From an uncultured Mollicutes bacterium (lineage in GTDB: Bacteria > Bacillota_I > Bacilli_A > RFN20 > CAG-826): a stretch of DNA of 64,000 bases. Positions 41,529 through 52,335 of this stretch are shown piece after piece; positions within the stretch are counted from its first letter, which is position 1; each line of letters starts with the position of its first letter. The notes below the pieces were generated by a model. The model ran no database searches and was not told the origin of the DNA. It saw only the letters and a program-made list of their open reading frames with translations. The stretch is from positions 23,400 to 87,399 of the forward strand of contig URQK01000001.1 in assembly GCA_900549975.1 (NCBI GenBank). The letters are read 5' to 3'. The position numbers and the translations under genes were made by a program.

Positions 41529-42152
41529 ATGGGCCGTAAATATATGTTGGAACCGAAAAACAAACTAGAAGAATTAAAATTAGTAGAACTTGCAAAGCAA
41601 GGCAATCAGGAAGCAATGAGTGCATTGTTAGAAGATTATGATGCCTTATTGACATTAATCGTTATTAACCAAATGGCAAATATCTGTGCTAAAGGCATAG
41701 AATATTTTGAATTGAAAAATATTGCCAGAATAGCGGTGTTTTCTTTCTTGAAGTATTATGATGAAAATCGTTCATCTTTTAGAACATTTATCAGTTTAAT
41801 CGTAAATCAAGAAGTGAAAAAATACATTGTTGATTTTATAAAAAGACAAAATGAATTAAAACAATGTTTATTCTTAGATGAACAACCTTTTGAAGAAAGT
41901 GATATTACTAATGATGATTTGGTACCAAGTGATGAAAAAAGTCCATCACAATGGTTTGAATTAAATGAACAATATGATGAGTTTAAAGAGATAGATGAGG
42001 AATATTTATCCAAAAAAGAAAAAGCGGCTTTATTGCTTAAAGCAGCAGGCTATAAATATAGCGAAATAAGCGAAATTATTAATACTAAAGAATCAGCGGT
42101 CGACATTGCTTTAAAGAAATTTAAAAAAGAAAAAATCAAAAAGGTGAAATAA
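41529..42152 (+). CDS. Divergent sigma-70-family factor in the sigH position (SigH-like)
   Basis: Region 2-like segment FLKYYDENRSSFRTFISLIVNQEVKKYI and region 4 HTH KEKAALLLKAAGYKYSEISEIINTKESAVDIALKKFKK. An acidic linker separates them. Synteny matches sigH-rpmG-secE-nusG. Confidence 0.55.
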   Translation: MGRKYMLEPKNKLEELKLVELAKQGNQEAMSALLEDYDALLTLIVINQMANICAKGIEYFELKNIARIAVFSFLKYYDENRSSFRTFISLIVNQEVKKYIVDFIKRQNELKQCLFLDEQPFEESDITNDDLVPSDEKSPSQWFELNEQYDEFKEIDEEYLSKKEKAALLLKAAGYKYSEISEIINTKESAVDIALKKFKKEKIKKVK

Positions 42153-42179
42153 AACAACGATTAAGGGTTAATTTTAAAA

Positions 42180-42230
42180 CTGATTTTTTTATAAAATGCG
42201 ATTTTATAGCTAAAAAAATCAGTGTTTTTT
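42180..42230 (+). terminator. Terminator hairpin after the sigma factor gene
   Basis: CTGATTTTTTT ... AAAAAAATCAG 11-bp stem followed by a T run. Confidence 0.55.
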
Positions 42231-42339
42231 CGTGTGCAAAAAAATCACACAATAATATTACTTTTATTGTCCAATTACTAAAAATAATTGCAGATTTCAC
42301 TTAAAATGCTAAAGAGGTAAATATTTATAAAATATAAAA

Positions 42340-42368
42340 TTGACTATTTAATGCTTTCGTGATATATT
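42340..42368 (+). promoter_or_regulatory. Putative promoter of rpmG-secE-nusG
   Basis: TTGACT, 17-nt spacer, TATATT. Confidence 0.45.
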
Positions 42369-42394
42369 CTAGGCACGAGATGAGGTGTTTTTGT

Positions 42395-42544
42395 ATGCGT
42401 GAAAAAGTCATTCTTATTTGTTCGCAATGTTTGTCAAGAAACTATACGACTACAAAACAAAAGACAAATTCCACTAATCGTCTCATGATAAAAAAATATT
42501 GTCCGAAGTGTAATGCTTCGACACTACATAAAGAAAGCAAATAA
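42395..42544 (+). CDS. rpmG: 50S ribosomal protein L33 (zinc ribbon)
   Basis: 49 aa with CSQC...CPKC. ATG 42395 lies after a GAGGTG RBS (the ORF track starts at 42359). Confidence 0.85.
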   Translation: MREKVILICSQCLSRNYTTTKQKTNSTNRLMIKKYCPKCNASTLHKESK

Positions 42545-42556
42545 GGAGGTTTTTTT

Positions 42557-42751
42557 ATGGGAAAAACAAAAAAATACTTACAAGGTGTTGTAAAAGAAGG
42601 AAAACGTGTAAGATGGCCTAACCGTGAAACAATTTTAAAATATTTAGGTGTTGTCCTAGTTATAACTATTGTAGTTGCCTTATGGTTATCTTTAGACGAT
42701 TATATTGCCGCTGTGTTAATTAAAGTGTTGCAAAATACTTTTTCTAAATAG
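42557..42751 (+). CDS. secE: Preprotein translocase subunit SecE
   Basis: Single C-terminal TM helix. AAGGAGG RBS. Confidence 0.85.
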   Translation: MGKTKKYLQGVVKEGKRVRWPNRETILKYLGVVLVITIVVALWLSLDDYIAAVLIKVLQNTFSK

Positions 42752-42773
42752 TTGAGCGGTGGGAGGAAAAATT

Positions 42774-43319
42774 ATGGCAAGTGAAAAACAATGGTATGTT
42801 GTTAATACTTATTCTGGTCACGAAGACAAGGTTAAAGTAAATCTTGAAAGACGTGTTGTTTCTATGGGACTTGAAGACTATGTTTTCAGAATCATAGTTG
42901 CTGAAACTGAACAACCAGTTTTAAAAGATGGTGTTCCAACTGGAAAAACAAAAATCAAAAACTCTTATCCAGGCTATGTTTTTATTGAAATGATAATGAG
43001 TGACGAAGCATGGTTCATGGTTAGAAACACACCAGGAGTTACTGGATTCGTTGGATCATCCGGTGGAGGTACTAAACCTTTCCCAATTCCAACAGAAGAA
43101 ATTGAACCAGTTCTTAAAGGATTAGGTATGGTTGATAAGAGTATGTACTCACGTTACGACGTCGGTGATTTAGTAAAAGTTTTACGTGGACCACTTGAAG
43201 GTAGTGAAGGTCATATTACTGAAATTAATACCGACACTGGCACTGTAAAAGTTGAAACTGTATTCTTTGGTCGTTCAACGGTTGTTGAAGTTGATTTTTC
43301 TGAAATAGATAAAATTTAA
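42774..43319 (+). CDS. nusG: Transcription termination/antitermination factor NusG
   Basis: NGN domain WYVVNTYSGHE and KOW domain. GGGAGG RBS precedes ATG 42774. Confidence 0.93.
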   Translation: MASEKQWYVVNTYSGHEDKVKVNLERRVVSMGLEDYVFRIIVAETEQPVLKDGVPTGKTKIKNSYPGYVFIEMIMSDEAWFMVRNTPGVTGFVGSSGGGTKPFPIPTEEIEPVLKGLGMVDKSMYSRYDVGDLVKVLRGPLEGSEGHITEINTDTGTVKVETVFFGRSTVVEVDFSEIDKI

Positions 43320-43345
43320 TAGTTTTCTAATCATAATAATGAATT

Positions 43346-43398
43346 ATCCTTTCGAGTTTAGTTTTATTCCAAACTAACTATATCGAAAGGATTTTTTA
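43346..43398 (+). terminator. Terminator after nusG
   Basis: ATCCTTTCGA ... TCGAAAGGAT stem followed by TTTTTT. Confidence 0.6.
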
Positions 43399-43463
43399 TT
43401 TGAATTATAAAACAGCACTTTTAAAGTTTAAAGTGCTATTTAAATTATTTTGTTCTCAGTTGA

Positions 43464-43529
43464 GAAAAACTATTTCTTAGTTTTAGAAAGCACTTTATTC
43501 TTGAGAAGATAGTTTTTTCAATTTATAAT
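43464..43529 (+). promoter_or_regulatory. Promoter (TTGAGA, 17 nt, TATAAT) of the inserted lipoprotein gene, overlapped by the inverted repeat GAAAAACTAT / ATAGTTTTTT
   Basis: The IR arms are at 43464-43473 and 43509-43518. The right arm lies in the promoter spacer. A second near-palindrome, AGCACTTTTAAA-G-TTTAAAGTGCT, lies at 43414-43437. Confidence 0.45.
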
Positions 43530-43554
43530 ACTTTTTTCGAAAGAGAGGTAAATT

Positions 43555-45612
43555 ATGAGAAAAAAATTATTTTGTCTATTAAGTGTTTCTTGTTTATTAG
43601 CACTCGGTGCTTGTAATCAAGGAGGATCATCTACGTCTAATAGTGGCGCATCTACTCAACCTTCAACAAGTTTGAAAGAACGTTACAACTGTATTGACAT
43701 AAGTGAAGCATTAGAAATTGCTTCTAAAGCTAGTGAGCCAACACAAGAAAGATATTATCTTTATGGCAAAATTACTAGTGTTTCCAATTATGATTATGGA
43801 AGCATGGAAATTGAAGATGGAACTGGTAAGATTTATATTTATGGAACGTATAGTGAAGATGGAAGTATCCAGTACAAAAATTTAGAATATAAGCCAGATG
43901 TAAATGATGAAATTGTTGTTTATGCTACTCTTCAAACTCATAGTGGACAACCAGAAGTAAAAAATGCATGGTTAATTGATTATGTCGATAGTAATACACA
44001 ATTTGATGTTAGCGAATATGAAAAAATGACTATTACTAAAGCTAGAGAAGCGAAAAAAGGCAAAAAAGTTTTGGTGTCAGGTGTTGTAAGTAAAAAAACA
44101 TATGCGACAGGAAAGAAAGAAAACGGCTTTTATCTTGTTGATAATACATCTTCTATTTATATTTACGATTCATCGACTGTATTAAAAGTAAAAGAAGGTA
44201 ATGCTATTACTTTAGCGGCAACAAAAGACTACTGGATTTTAGAAGATGAAGTGCCTTTTGCTGAAAAGTATGGTTACAATGGCTCATGCCAATTAACCAA
44301 AGGACATATTATTAGTAATGATGAAGGTAGAAATGATATTGATACAAGCTGGGTTGAAGAAACAACTATAAAACAAATTATGGACACTCCAGTTACTGAA
44401 AATATTACAAATAAAATTTTTAAAGCAAATGCCTATATAGCTAAATCTCAAAAAGAAGGATATGTTAACTATTATATTGATGATTTAGATGAAACTACAG
44501 GATCTTATGTTTATACACAATGTAATGGCAGTGATTTGAATTGGCTTGAGAAATTTGATGGGAAGATTTGTACAGTGTTGGTTGTGGCAATCAATGCTAA
44601 ATCTACAATATCAGGATGTTCTTGGAGATTTATTCCAATTTCTGTTAAAGACGAAGGATTTACTTTTGATAAGGCTAATGTCGGACAATTCGTATATGAT
44701 TATAAAGTTAAAACCTTGTTTAAAGATGTGTATACAGGCGATCCAAAAGTAATGGTTCCAGTAACTGCTTCTTCATCACTTTTAGGTTTTGCAAACGCAA
44801 GTATTAGTTATTCTTCTAGCAATGAAAAAGTTGCGTATTTTAGCGAAGATGAAGGTGTTTTAACATTTCATACTAATGAAGTAGGCAATGCTACGATAAC
44901 AGTTAAAATTAATTACGAAAATAATGCGACATTTGTTAAAACATTTAATGTATCAGTTACTTTGCCAAAAGTTACAGAATCTATAACAGTTAAAGAAGCT
45001 ATTGATAGTGAACTTAACTCTGTTGTAACTGTTAAAGGTATTGCTGGTCCATCATTAGTGAATAAAGTAGGATTTTATTTGATTGATGAAAGTGGCGCAA
45101 TCGCGATTACGACATCTTCAGAAACTATTAGTTCTATTAGTTTAGGAAATGAAGTAATATTAAAGGGAACGCGTTCGCAATTAGGAGTTGTTCAAGATAA
45201 ATCAGTTGGCGAAATTTTTCTTGATAACTGTGAATTAGTGTCAAATTTGTATGGAAAACATGATTACTCAACCGCATCATTTGATGGTAGTAAAACTTTA
45301 GCGGATTTAGCTAAAATTAAAGCGACGGAAAATGCTACAGCACAAGTATATGTATTTGAGGGAACTTTTGAAAAAGTTGTACAACCCAAGTACTCTAATA
45401 TGTATGTTAAAAATGGTGATACAAAAATCCGTTTATATTGTTCAAATGCTGCTCAATATGAATGGTTGGATGAGTTTGAAAATCAAACTGTCACCATTGA
45501 AATGGCTCTATGCAACTGGAATGGTAAAACTTATTACACTGGTTGTGTATTATCAGTCACAGCAAACGGTGTAAAAACCATGAACACTCTTGTTTATAGC
45601 CAAAACAATTAG
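43555..45612 (+). CDS. Surface lipoprotein with repeated OB-fold-like (BOF/tRNA_anti-like) modules and a Big_2-like domain
   Basis: Lipobox LGAC. Three OB-like segments of type YLYGKITSV...GSMEIEDGTGKIYIYG, VLVSGVVSKK...GFYLVDNTSSIYIYD and VVTVKGIAGPSLVNKVGFYLIDESGAIAITT. An Ig-like segment lies around aa 400-470. Confidence 0.6.
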   Translation: MRKKLFCLLSVSCLLALGACNQGGSSTSNSGASTQPSTSLKERYNCIDISEALEIASKASEPTQERYYLYGKITSVSNYDYGSMEIEDGTGKIYIYGTYSEDGSIQYKNLEYKPDVNDEIVVYATLQTHSGQPEVKNAWLIDYVDSNTQFDVSEYEKMTITKAREAKKGKKVLVSGVVSKKTYATGKKENGFYLVDNTSSIYIYDSSTVLKVKEGNAITLAATKDYWILEDEVPFAEKYGYNGSCQLTKGHIISNDEGRNDIDTSWVEETTIKQIMDTPVTENITNKIFKANAYIAKSQKEGYVNYYIDDLDETTGSYVYTQCNGSDLNWLEKFDGKICTVLVVAINAKSTISGCSWRFIPISVKDEGFTFDKANVGQFVYDYKVKTLFKDVYTGDPKVMVPVTASSSLLGFANASISYSSSNEKVAYFSEDEGVLTFHTNEVGNATITVKINYENNATFVKTFNVSVTLPKVTESITVKEAIDSELNSVVTVKGIAGPSLVNKVGFYLIDESGAIAITTSSETISSISLGNEVILKGTRSQLGVVQDKSVGEIFLDNCELVSNLYGKHDYSTASFDGSKTLADLAKIKATENATAQVYVFEGTFEKVVQPKYSNMYVKNGDTKIRLYCSNAAQYEWLDEFENQTVTIEMALCNWNGKTYYTGCVLSVTANGVKTMNTLVYSQNN

Positions 45613-45622
45613 TAAAAAACAG

Positions 45623-45656
45623 GCCACATTACTGCTGAACAAATGTGGCTTTTTTT
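45623..45656 (+). terminator. Terminator after the inserted lipoprotein gene
   Basis: GCCACATT ... AATGTGGC stem followed by TTTTTTT. Confidence 0.7.
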
Positions 45657-45687
45657 GTGTTTTCAAGACAAGTTATTAAAAAAAATC

Positions 45688-45716
45688 TTGCATTGCAAAA
45701 TGCGATTAGATATAAT
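45688..45716 (+). promoter_or_regulatory. Promoter of rplK-rplA (TTGCAT, 17 nt, TATAAT) with a ~110-nt leader
   Basis: Near-consensus hexamers. Confidence 0.55.
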
Positions 45717-45828
45717 AAACAAGCATAGGGCTAGTTTAATTAGTTCTAAGCTATGCTTAGTGGAAGGATTAAGCGATTAATCCAATGACCACGGCACGGA
45801 CAAAAAAATCTATAAGGAGGTAAGTCAC

Positions 45829-46242
45829 GTGAGTAAAAAGATCGCTAAGGTAGTAAAATTGGAGTTACCTGGTGGAGAAGCTAAACCAGGACCAAAACTT
45901 GCAACTGCTGGTATTGTTATGCCTAAATTCTGTACAGACTTTAACGCAAAAACAGCTGACCGTAAAGGTGAAGTAGTTCCAGTTATTATTACAGCCTACG
46001 AAGACAAATCGTTTGACTTCGTAATCAAAACTTCACCAGTAGCAGGTTTGTTATTAAAAGCTGCTGGAATTAAAAAAGGTTCAGCAAATGCTAAGACAAC
46101 AAAAGTTGGTAAAGTTAGCAAAGAAGAATTAAGAAAGATTGCTGAATACAAAATGCCAGATCTTAATTGTAACGATGTTGAAGCAGCAATGAAAGTAGTT
46201 GCTGGACAAGCTCGTAACATGGGCATTGAAATTGACGAATAA
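45829..46242 (+). CDS. rplK: 50S ribosomal protein L11 (GTG start)
   Basis: Conserved L11. AAGGAGG RBS. Confidence 0.93.
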   Translation: MSKKIAKVVKLELPGGEAKPGPKLATAGIVMPKFCTDFNAKTADRKGEVVPVIITAYEDKSFDFVIKTSPVAGLLLKAAGIKKGSANAKTTKVGKVSKEELRKIAEYKMPDLNCNDVEAAMKVVAGQARNMGIEIDE

Positions 46243-46292
46243 ATGTAGGTGGAAGGGACAATACCCGTTATTACCACTAAGGAGGAAAAAAT

Positions 46293-46979
46293 ATGAAGAA
46301 AGGTAAAAAATATTTAGCTGCTGAAAAAGCAATCGATGCAACAAAGTTATACACAATTGCTGAAGCTGCTGAACTCGTCAAAACTACATCAACTACAAAG
46401 TTTGATTCTACAATCGATGTATCTTTCCATTTAAACGTTGATCCAAAACAAGCAGATCAACAAATCAGAGGAACAGTTATTCTTCCTCATGGAAATGGTA
46501 AAACAAAGAAAGTTTTAGCTATTACACACAAAGTTGATGAAGCTACTGCTGCTGGTGCTGATTTCGCTGGTGGTAAAGAAATGTTAGAAAAAATCAAAAA
46601 TGAAAACTGGTTCGATTTTGATGTCATCGTTGCCACACCTGATATGATGGGTGAACTTGGTAAAATGGGACGTATTTTAGGACCTAAGGGTTTAATGCCT
46701 AACCCAAAAACTGGTACTGTTGCAATGGATATTGCAAAAGCTATCCAAGAAATCAAAGCAGGTAAAGTTGAATACCGTGTTGATAAAGATGGAAACATCC
46801 ATGTAAGTATTGCACGTTGCTCATTTGATACAGACAAGATTATTGATAACTTAAATACAATTTGTGATCAAATCGTTAAAGTTAAACCTGCATCTGTAAA
46901 AGGCGCATATGTTAAAAACGCTGTCATCCATACGACCATGGGACCAGCAATCAAAATTACATTTAACGGTCGTATTTAA
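46293..46979 (+). CDS. rplA: 50S ribosomal protein L1
   Basis: Conserved L1. Confidence 0.95.
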   Translation: MKKGKKYLAAEKAIDATKLYTIAEAAELVKTTSTTKFDSTIDVSFHLNVDPKQADQQIRGTVILPHGNGKTKKVLAITHKVDEATAAGADFAGGKEMLEKIKNENWFDFDVIVATPDMMGELGKMGRILGPKGLMPNPKTGTVAMDIAKAIQEIKAGKVEYRVDKDGNIHVSIARCSFDTDKIIDNLNTICDQIVKVKPASVKGAYVKNAVIHTTMGPAIKITFNGRI

Positions 46980-47151
46980 TTAAAGTTAGGAATTCAATAT
47001 ACCCAAGACAGTAACGACGCTATAGTTTAAAAATGTTACCGAGGTGTAGGATAATTTAATAAAAAACTTATTCTCTCGCTTTTTCGCGAGTAACTTCAAT
47101 GTATATTGAAACCTCATAAAAATTTTGAAGAAAGGTTAGGAGGTTAGAACT
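46980..47151 (+). promoter_or_regulatory. Putative L10 (rplJ) leader / autoregulatory 5' UTR
   Basis: A 170-nt untranslated gap between rplA and rplJ, as in Firmicutes L10 leaders. Contains the TCTCGC-TTTTT-GCGAGT hairpin. Confidence 0.4.
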
Positions 47152-47637
47152 ATGAATCAAGCAATTTTAAAAGCAAAACAAGAAATAGTTTCTAAAATCA
47201 CTGAAGGCATTAAAGGCGCTAACTCTATTGTAGTTATCGAATACCGTGGCTTAACAGTTGATGAAATCACTGAAGTTCGTCATGCTTTAAGAGCAACTGA
47301 TTCTACATTACGTGTTTACAAGAATTCTCTTGTTGAACGTGCATGCGATGAATTAGGACATAGTGAACTAAGAGAAATTCTTGAAGGACCAAATGCATTT
47401 GTATTCTCTAAAGATACAATCAACGGACCTAAAGTAATTGCAAAATTTGCTAAGAAACATGAAAACCTAGTCATCAAAGGCGGCCTTGTAGAAGGCAAAA
47501 TGATGAATGCTGACCAAATTAAAGTCATCGCATCATTACCAGGACGTGAAGGTTTGATTTCAATGTTCTTATCGTGCTTACAAGCACCAATCCGCAACTT
47601 CGCCTGTGCTGTTAAGGCAGTTGCTGAAAAAAATTAA
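47152..47637 (+). CDS. rplJ: 50S ribosomal protein L10
   Basis: Conserved L10. Confidence 0.93.
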   Translation: MNQAILKAKQEIVSKITEGIKGANSIVVIEYRGLTVDEITEVRHALRATDSTLRVYKNSLVERACDELGHSELREILEGPNAFVFSKDTINGPKVIAKFAKKHENLVIKGGLVEGKMMNADQIKVIASLPGREGLISMFLSCLQAPIRNFACAVKAVAEKN

Positions 47638-47657
47638 TTTATTAGGAGGAAAAAACA

Positions 47658-48032
47658 ATGGCAAAGTTAACAAACGAAGAAATTATTGCTGCTATTAAAG
47701 AAATGACAGTAGTAGAATTAAATGATTTAGTAAAGGCTGTAGAAGAAGAATTTGGCGTTACTGCTGCTGCACCAGTTGCAGGAGCTGCTGCACCAGTTGA
47801 AGAAGAAGAAAAGAAAGGACCAACAGAAGTTTCTTTATGGCTCAAATCTGTCGGTGCTTCTAAAGTTCCAGTTATTAAGGCTGTTCAAGCTATCACAGGC
47901 TTAGGCTTAATGGATGCTAAAAAATTAGTCGATGGTGCTCCTGTCGCAGTTAAAGAACATATTTCACCAGTTGAAGCAGAAGAACACAAGAAAGCTCTTG
48001 AAGCTGCTGGCGCTGAAGTAGAAGTTAAGTAG
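47658..48032 (+). CDS. rplL: 50S ribosomal protein L7/L12
   Basis: Ala/Glu-rich hinge and conserved CTD. Confidence 0.95.
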   Translation: MAKLTNEEIIAAIKEMTVVELNDLVKAVEEEFGVTAAAPVAGAAAPVEEEEKKGPTEVSLWLKSVGASKVPVIKAVQAITGLGLMDAKKLVDGAPVAVKEHISPVEAEEHKKALEAAGAEVEVK

Positions 48033-48064
48033 TCTAAAACTACCTAATTTTTATGATAAGATTT

Positions 48065-48087
48065 AAACCTGCTTTTGCGGGTTTTTA
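48065..48087 (+). terminator. Partial terminator/attenuator between rplL and downstream genes
   Basis: AAACCTGC-TTTT-GCGGGTTT hairpin followed by TTT. Confidence 0.5.
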
Positions 48088-48110
48088 TCGCTTTTTAAGG
48101 GGGTGCGAAA

Positions 48111-48710
48111 ATGTCACAATATTTTGAAAATGATTCGAGTTTAAAATCATCTCCAAAGCTGATCAATTATGATATTTACGAACGACATTTTACCCTCAAA
48201 ACTGACCTTGGTGTCTTTTCAAAAAATGATATTGATGAGGGAACTTATGCTTTTTTAAAAGTATTAGTCCCTCTTCATTTACAAGGTCGTATTCTTGACG
48301 TCGGATGTGGCTATGGTGCCCTAGGATTGACCCTCGCATCGTTTATACCTAATTCACAATTTGTATTAGTGGATGTAAATGAACGGGCACTAGAGCTTAC
48401 CAAAGACAACATAAAAAAATTAAATTTAGCAAATGTCACTTGCCTTCAAAGTGACATATATCAAAATGTTGAAGGATTATTTGATTCAATAGTTATTAAT
48501 CCTCCGATACGGGCGGGGAAAAAAGTAATTTACGCTATGTTTAAAGGAGCATATAACTATTTGATTGATGGCGGTTCATTGTTTATCGTCATTAGGAAAA
48601 GTCATGGTGCATTTAGCGCTCGTGATTATATAACGTCGATATTTGGTAATTGTATTTTGCTTAAGAGAGATAAAGGATATTACATTTATCAAGCGACTAA
48701 AAACAAATAA
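48111..48710 (+). CDS. Class I SAM-dependent methyltransferase (RsmC/YbxB-like, in the B. subtilis ybxB position)
   Basis: SAM motif ILDVGCGYG and substrate motif NPPIRAGK. Lies between rplL and rpoB. Confidence 0.75.
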   Translation: MSQYFENDSSLKSSPKLINYDIYERHFTLKTDLGVFSKNDIDEGTYAFLKVLVPLHLQGRILDVGCGYGALGLTLASFIPNSQFVLVDVNERALELTKDNIKKLNLANVTCLQSDIYQNVEGLFDSIVINPPIRAGKKVIYAMFKGAYNYLIDGGSLFIVIRKSHGAFSARDYITSIFGNCILLKRDKGYYIYQATKNK

Positions 48711-48751
48711 TAAAAACAATGAACTGATAATTTTTAGAGAGGGGCCATTAT

Positions 48752-51700
48752 ATGAACTATAAAAATTATAAACATCTTACAAACGATCGTATTGATTTCT
48801 CAAAAATTTCTGGAACATTACCATTACCATATTTGGTTGAAATTCAAACTGAATCATATGCATGGTTTTTAAAGACAGGAATTGAAGAAGCATTCAAAGA
48901 TGTTTTTCCAATTTCCAACTATGCTGATGATGTGTTTATTGAATATGTAAGTTATAGATTTCTTGAACCTAAATATGATTGGTTAGAGTGTAAGTGCCGT
49001 GATTTAACTTATTGTGCACCACTTAAGGTTACATTAAGATTATGTTTTAAAAACACTGGCGAAATTAAAGAAAAAGAAGTATTTATGGGTGATTTCCCAT
49101 TAATGACTGATAGTGGTACTTTTATTATTAATGGTGCTGAACGCGCCATTGTATCACAAATCGTTCGTTCCCCAGGTGCTTATTTAAGAAAAGAATTAGA
49201 TGCAAAATCAGGTAAATATATTTATGGTGGCGATTTATTACCAACTCGAGGTACATGGTTACAATTTGAATCTGATTCTAAAGATTTATTATCAATTCGT
49301 ATTGAAAGACAAAGAAAAATGCCTGCAACTATTTTATTAAAGGCTATTCTTGATGTTCAAAATGTTGAAGAAGGTAATAAATTAATCACTGATTTATTTG
49401 GTGATAATCAAATGCTTTTAAATACTCTTAAAAAAGATGAAGATACCAAATCATCTACTAGAGCTTTAAGAGAAATATTTATTAGACTAAAACCAGGCGA
49501 ACCATACAACGAATCTGGCGCAATCACATTCTTAACTCAAAGATTGTTTGATCCAAAACGTTATGATTTAGGATGTGCTGGTCGTTATAAATATTCTTCT
49601 AAATTAGGAATTTATAACCGTTTACCTGGACGTGTTTTAGCAGAAGACTTAATTTCTGCTGATGGCGAAGTTGTTTATGAAAAAGGTACTTTATTAACTA
49701 AAGCTATGGTTGATGAATTACAAAATGAAGGCTTCTTTGAAAAAGGAGCTCATGAAAGAATTTTACCAATCAATACTAACCTTGATTCACATGGTAAAGT
49801 TAATATTGTTAAAGTATATGTTGATGAAGAACAAACTAAGACAACAAATATTATTGGTACAGATTTAGATCAATCATTAAATTGTGTGACTATTTCTGAT
49901 ATCCTTGCTACATTCTCTTATTTTATGAATATTATAGAAGGATTTGGCGAAACAGATGATATTGACCACTTAGGCAATCGTCGTATTCGTTGTGTTGGCG
50001 AATTAATTCAAAATCAATTCCGTAATGGATTAACAAAAATGTGCAAAGCAGTTAAAGATAAAATGTCTATTTCTGATTTGTCTGAAGTTACGCCACAACA
50101 ACTTATCAACATTAGACCTGTTGCAAGTGCAATTAAAGAATTCTTCGCTAGTTCACAATTATCGCAATTTATGGACCAAACAAACCCTCTTGCAGAGTTG
50201 ACAAATAAACGTCGTATTTCTGCTTTAGGACCTGGTGGTATTACTCGTGAACGTGCTTCATTCGCTGTACGTGATGTTCACTATTCACACTATGGACGTA
50301 TTTGCCCAATTGAAACACCTGAAGGACAAAACATTGGTCTTATTAACAATCTTGCATGTTATGCAAAGATTAATAAATACGGTTTTATTGAGACTCCATA
50401 TCGTCGAGTCGAAAAAGGTACACATCGTGTCCTTGAAACTGCTGATTACTTAACAGCAGACCAAGAAAAAATGTATCTTATTGCTGAAGCTAATACTCCA
50501 TTAGATGAAAATCACTGCATCAAAAATGATTTAGTTATTGCTCGTGAAAATGGTGAAACAGTTTTAGCACCAAAAGAAAAAATTGACTACATCGATGTAT
50601 CACCAAAACAAATTGTTTCTATTGCTGCATCATGTATTCCATTCCTTGAAAACGATGATACTACCCGTGCTTTGATGGGTGCTAACATGCAACGTCAAGC
50701 TTTACCTTTATTGAATCCACATGCTCCTTATATTGGAACAGGCATGGAACACTTTATTGCTAAGGACTCTGGTATTGCTGTTGTTTCTAAGGAAGATGGC
50801 ATTGTTAAATATGTAGATTCTACAAAGATTGTTACAACTAATAACGGCGTAGATCGTACATATCACTTACAAAAATTTATGCGTTCCAACCAAGGAACTT
50901 GTATAAATCAACATCCAATTGTTAAAGTTGGAGATCAAGTAAAAGTCGGACAAATCCTTGCTGATGGTCCAGCAATGGAAAATGGCGAATTAGCTTTAGG
51001 ACAAAACGTTACTATCGCATTTATGACTTGGAATGGTTATAACTACGAAGATGCAGTTATTATGTCTGAAAGATTAGTTAAAGATGATGTATACACTACT
51101 ATTCACATTGAATCTTATGATTGTGAATGTCGTAATACTCAACTTGGTCACGAAGAATATACTCGTGATGTTCCTAATATTAGCGAAGATGCTAAGACTT
51201 ATCTTGATGAGCGCGGAATTATCATTCCAGGCGCTGAAGTAAAAGAAGGAGATATTCTTGTTGGTAAGATTACTCCTAAAGGACAAACAGAACCTACTGC
51301 GGAAGAAAAATTGTTAATGGCCATCTTTGTTGATAAAACTAAAGATGGTAAAGACACTTCATTACGTGTTCCACATGGTGGTGCTGGTGTTGTTCTTGAT
51401 GTTAAAATATTCTCACGTAAAAACGGTGATGAACTTCCACCAAAAGTTGATGAAAAAGTTCGTGTCTACATTGTCCAAAAGAGAAAAATCTCTGAAGGTG
51501 ATAAGATGTCTGGACGTCATGGTAACAAAGGTGTTATTTCCCGTATTTTACCTGTTGAAGATATGCCATTCTTACCAGATGGTACGCCAGTTGATATTAT
51601 GTTAAACCCATTAGGCGTTCCTTCTCGTATGAATATTGGTCAAATTCTTGAAATTCACTTAGGTATGGCTGCTAAGAAACTAGGCATGAAAATTGCTACT

Positions 51701-52327
51701 CCAGTTTTCGATGGAATATCTAATGAAGAAATATTTGATTTAATGAATAAAGCTGGATTAAGTCCAGATGGTAAGACAATTCTTTATGATGGACGTACAG
51801 GTGATCGTTTTGATGAACGTATCTCTGTTGGTATCATGTATATGATTAAATTAGTCCACATGGTCGATGATAAGTTACATGCTCGTGCCACTGGTACTTA
51901 CTCAATTATTACTCAACAACCTTTAGGCGGTAAAGCTCAAAAAGGTGGACAAAGATTTGGTGAAATGGAAGTTTGGGCTCTTGAAGCTTATGGTGCCGCT
52001 CATACATTACAAGAAATGATGACAATCAAATCTGATGATCGTGTCGGACGTCGTAAAGCTTATGATGCTATTATTAAACAAAAACCATTACCAAAACCAG
52101 GTATGCCAGAAGCATTCAAGTTATTAACAAAAGAACTTCAAGCTTTAGCATTAGATTTCCGTTTATACGACCAAAATGGTGCAGAAATTGATACATCAGA
52201 AATTTCTAAACAAGCAGAAGCAGAGGAACATCGTATTCCTCAAGCAGTTAAAGATTTAACTGATCAATATGCTTTTGATGAAGAAGATTCAATGGACATT
52301 GTTGATGCTATCAATGATGAAGAATAA
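48752..52327 (+). CDS. rpoB: DNA-directed RNA polymerase subunit beta
   Basis: 1191 aa with conserved beta-subunit regions. Confidence 0.97.
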   Translation: MNYKNYKHLTNDRIDFSKISGTLPLPYLVEIQTESYAWFLKTGIEEAFKDVFPISNYADDVFIEYVSYRFLEPKYDWLECKCRDLTYCAPLKVTLRLCFKNTGEIKEKEVFMGDFPLMTDSGTFIINGAERAIVSQIVRSPGAYLRKELDAKSGKYIYGGDLLPTRGTWLQFESDSKDLLSIRIERQRKMPATILLKAILDVQNVEEGNKLITDLFGDNQMLLNTLKKDEDTKSSTRALREIFIRLKPGEPYNESGAITFLTQRLFDPKRYDLGCAGRYKYSSKLGIYNRLPGRVLAEDLISADGEVVYEKGTLLTKAMVDELQNEGFFEKGAHERILPINTNLDSHGKVNIVKVYVDEEQTKTTNIIGTDLDQSLNCVTISDILATFSYFMNIIEGFGETDDIDHLGNRRIRCVGELIQNQFRNGLTKMCKAVKDKMSISDLSEVTPQQLINIRPVASAIKEFFASSQLSQFMDQTNPLAELTNKRRISALGPGGITRERASFAVRDVHYSHYGRICPIETPEGQNIGLINNLACYAKINKYGFIETPYRRVEKGTHRVLETADYLTADQEKMYLIAEANTPLDENHCIKNDLVIARENGETVLAPKEKIDYIDVSPKQIVSIAASCIPFLENDDTTRALMGANMQRQALPLLNPHAPYIGTGMEHFIAKDSGIAVVSKEDGIVKYVDSTKIVTTNNGVDRTYHLQKFMRSNQGTCINQHPIVKVGDQVKVGQILADGPAMENGELALGQNVTIAFMTWNGYNYEDAVIMSERLVKDDVYTTIHIESYDCECRNTQLGHEEYTRDVPNISEDAKTYLDERGIIIPGAEVKEGDILVGKITPKGQTEPTAEEKLLMAIFVDKTKDGKDTSLRVPHGGAGVVLDVKIFSRKNGDELPPKVDEKVRVYIVQKRKISEGDKMSGRHGNKGVISRILPVEDMPFLPDGTPVDIMLNPLGVPSRMNIGQILEIHLGMAAKKLGMKIATPVFDGISNEEIFDLMNKAGLSPDGKTILYDGRTGDRFDERISVGIMYMIKLVHMVDDKLHARATGTYSIITQQPLGGKAQKGGQRFGEMEVWALEAYGAAHTLQEMMTIKSDDRVGRRKAYDAIIKQKPLPKPGMPEAFKLLTKELQALALDFRLYDQNGAEIDTSEISKQAEAEEHRIPQAVKDLTDQYAFDEEDSMDIVDAINDEE

Positions 52328-52335
52328 GGAGGACA

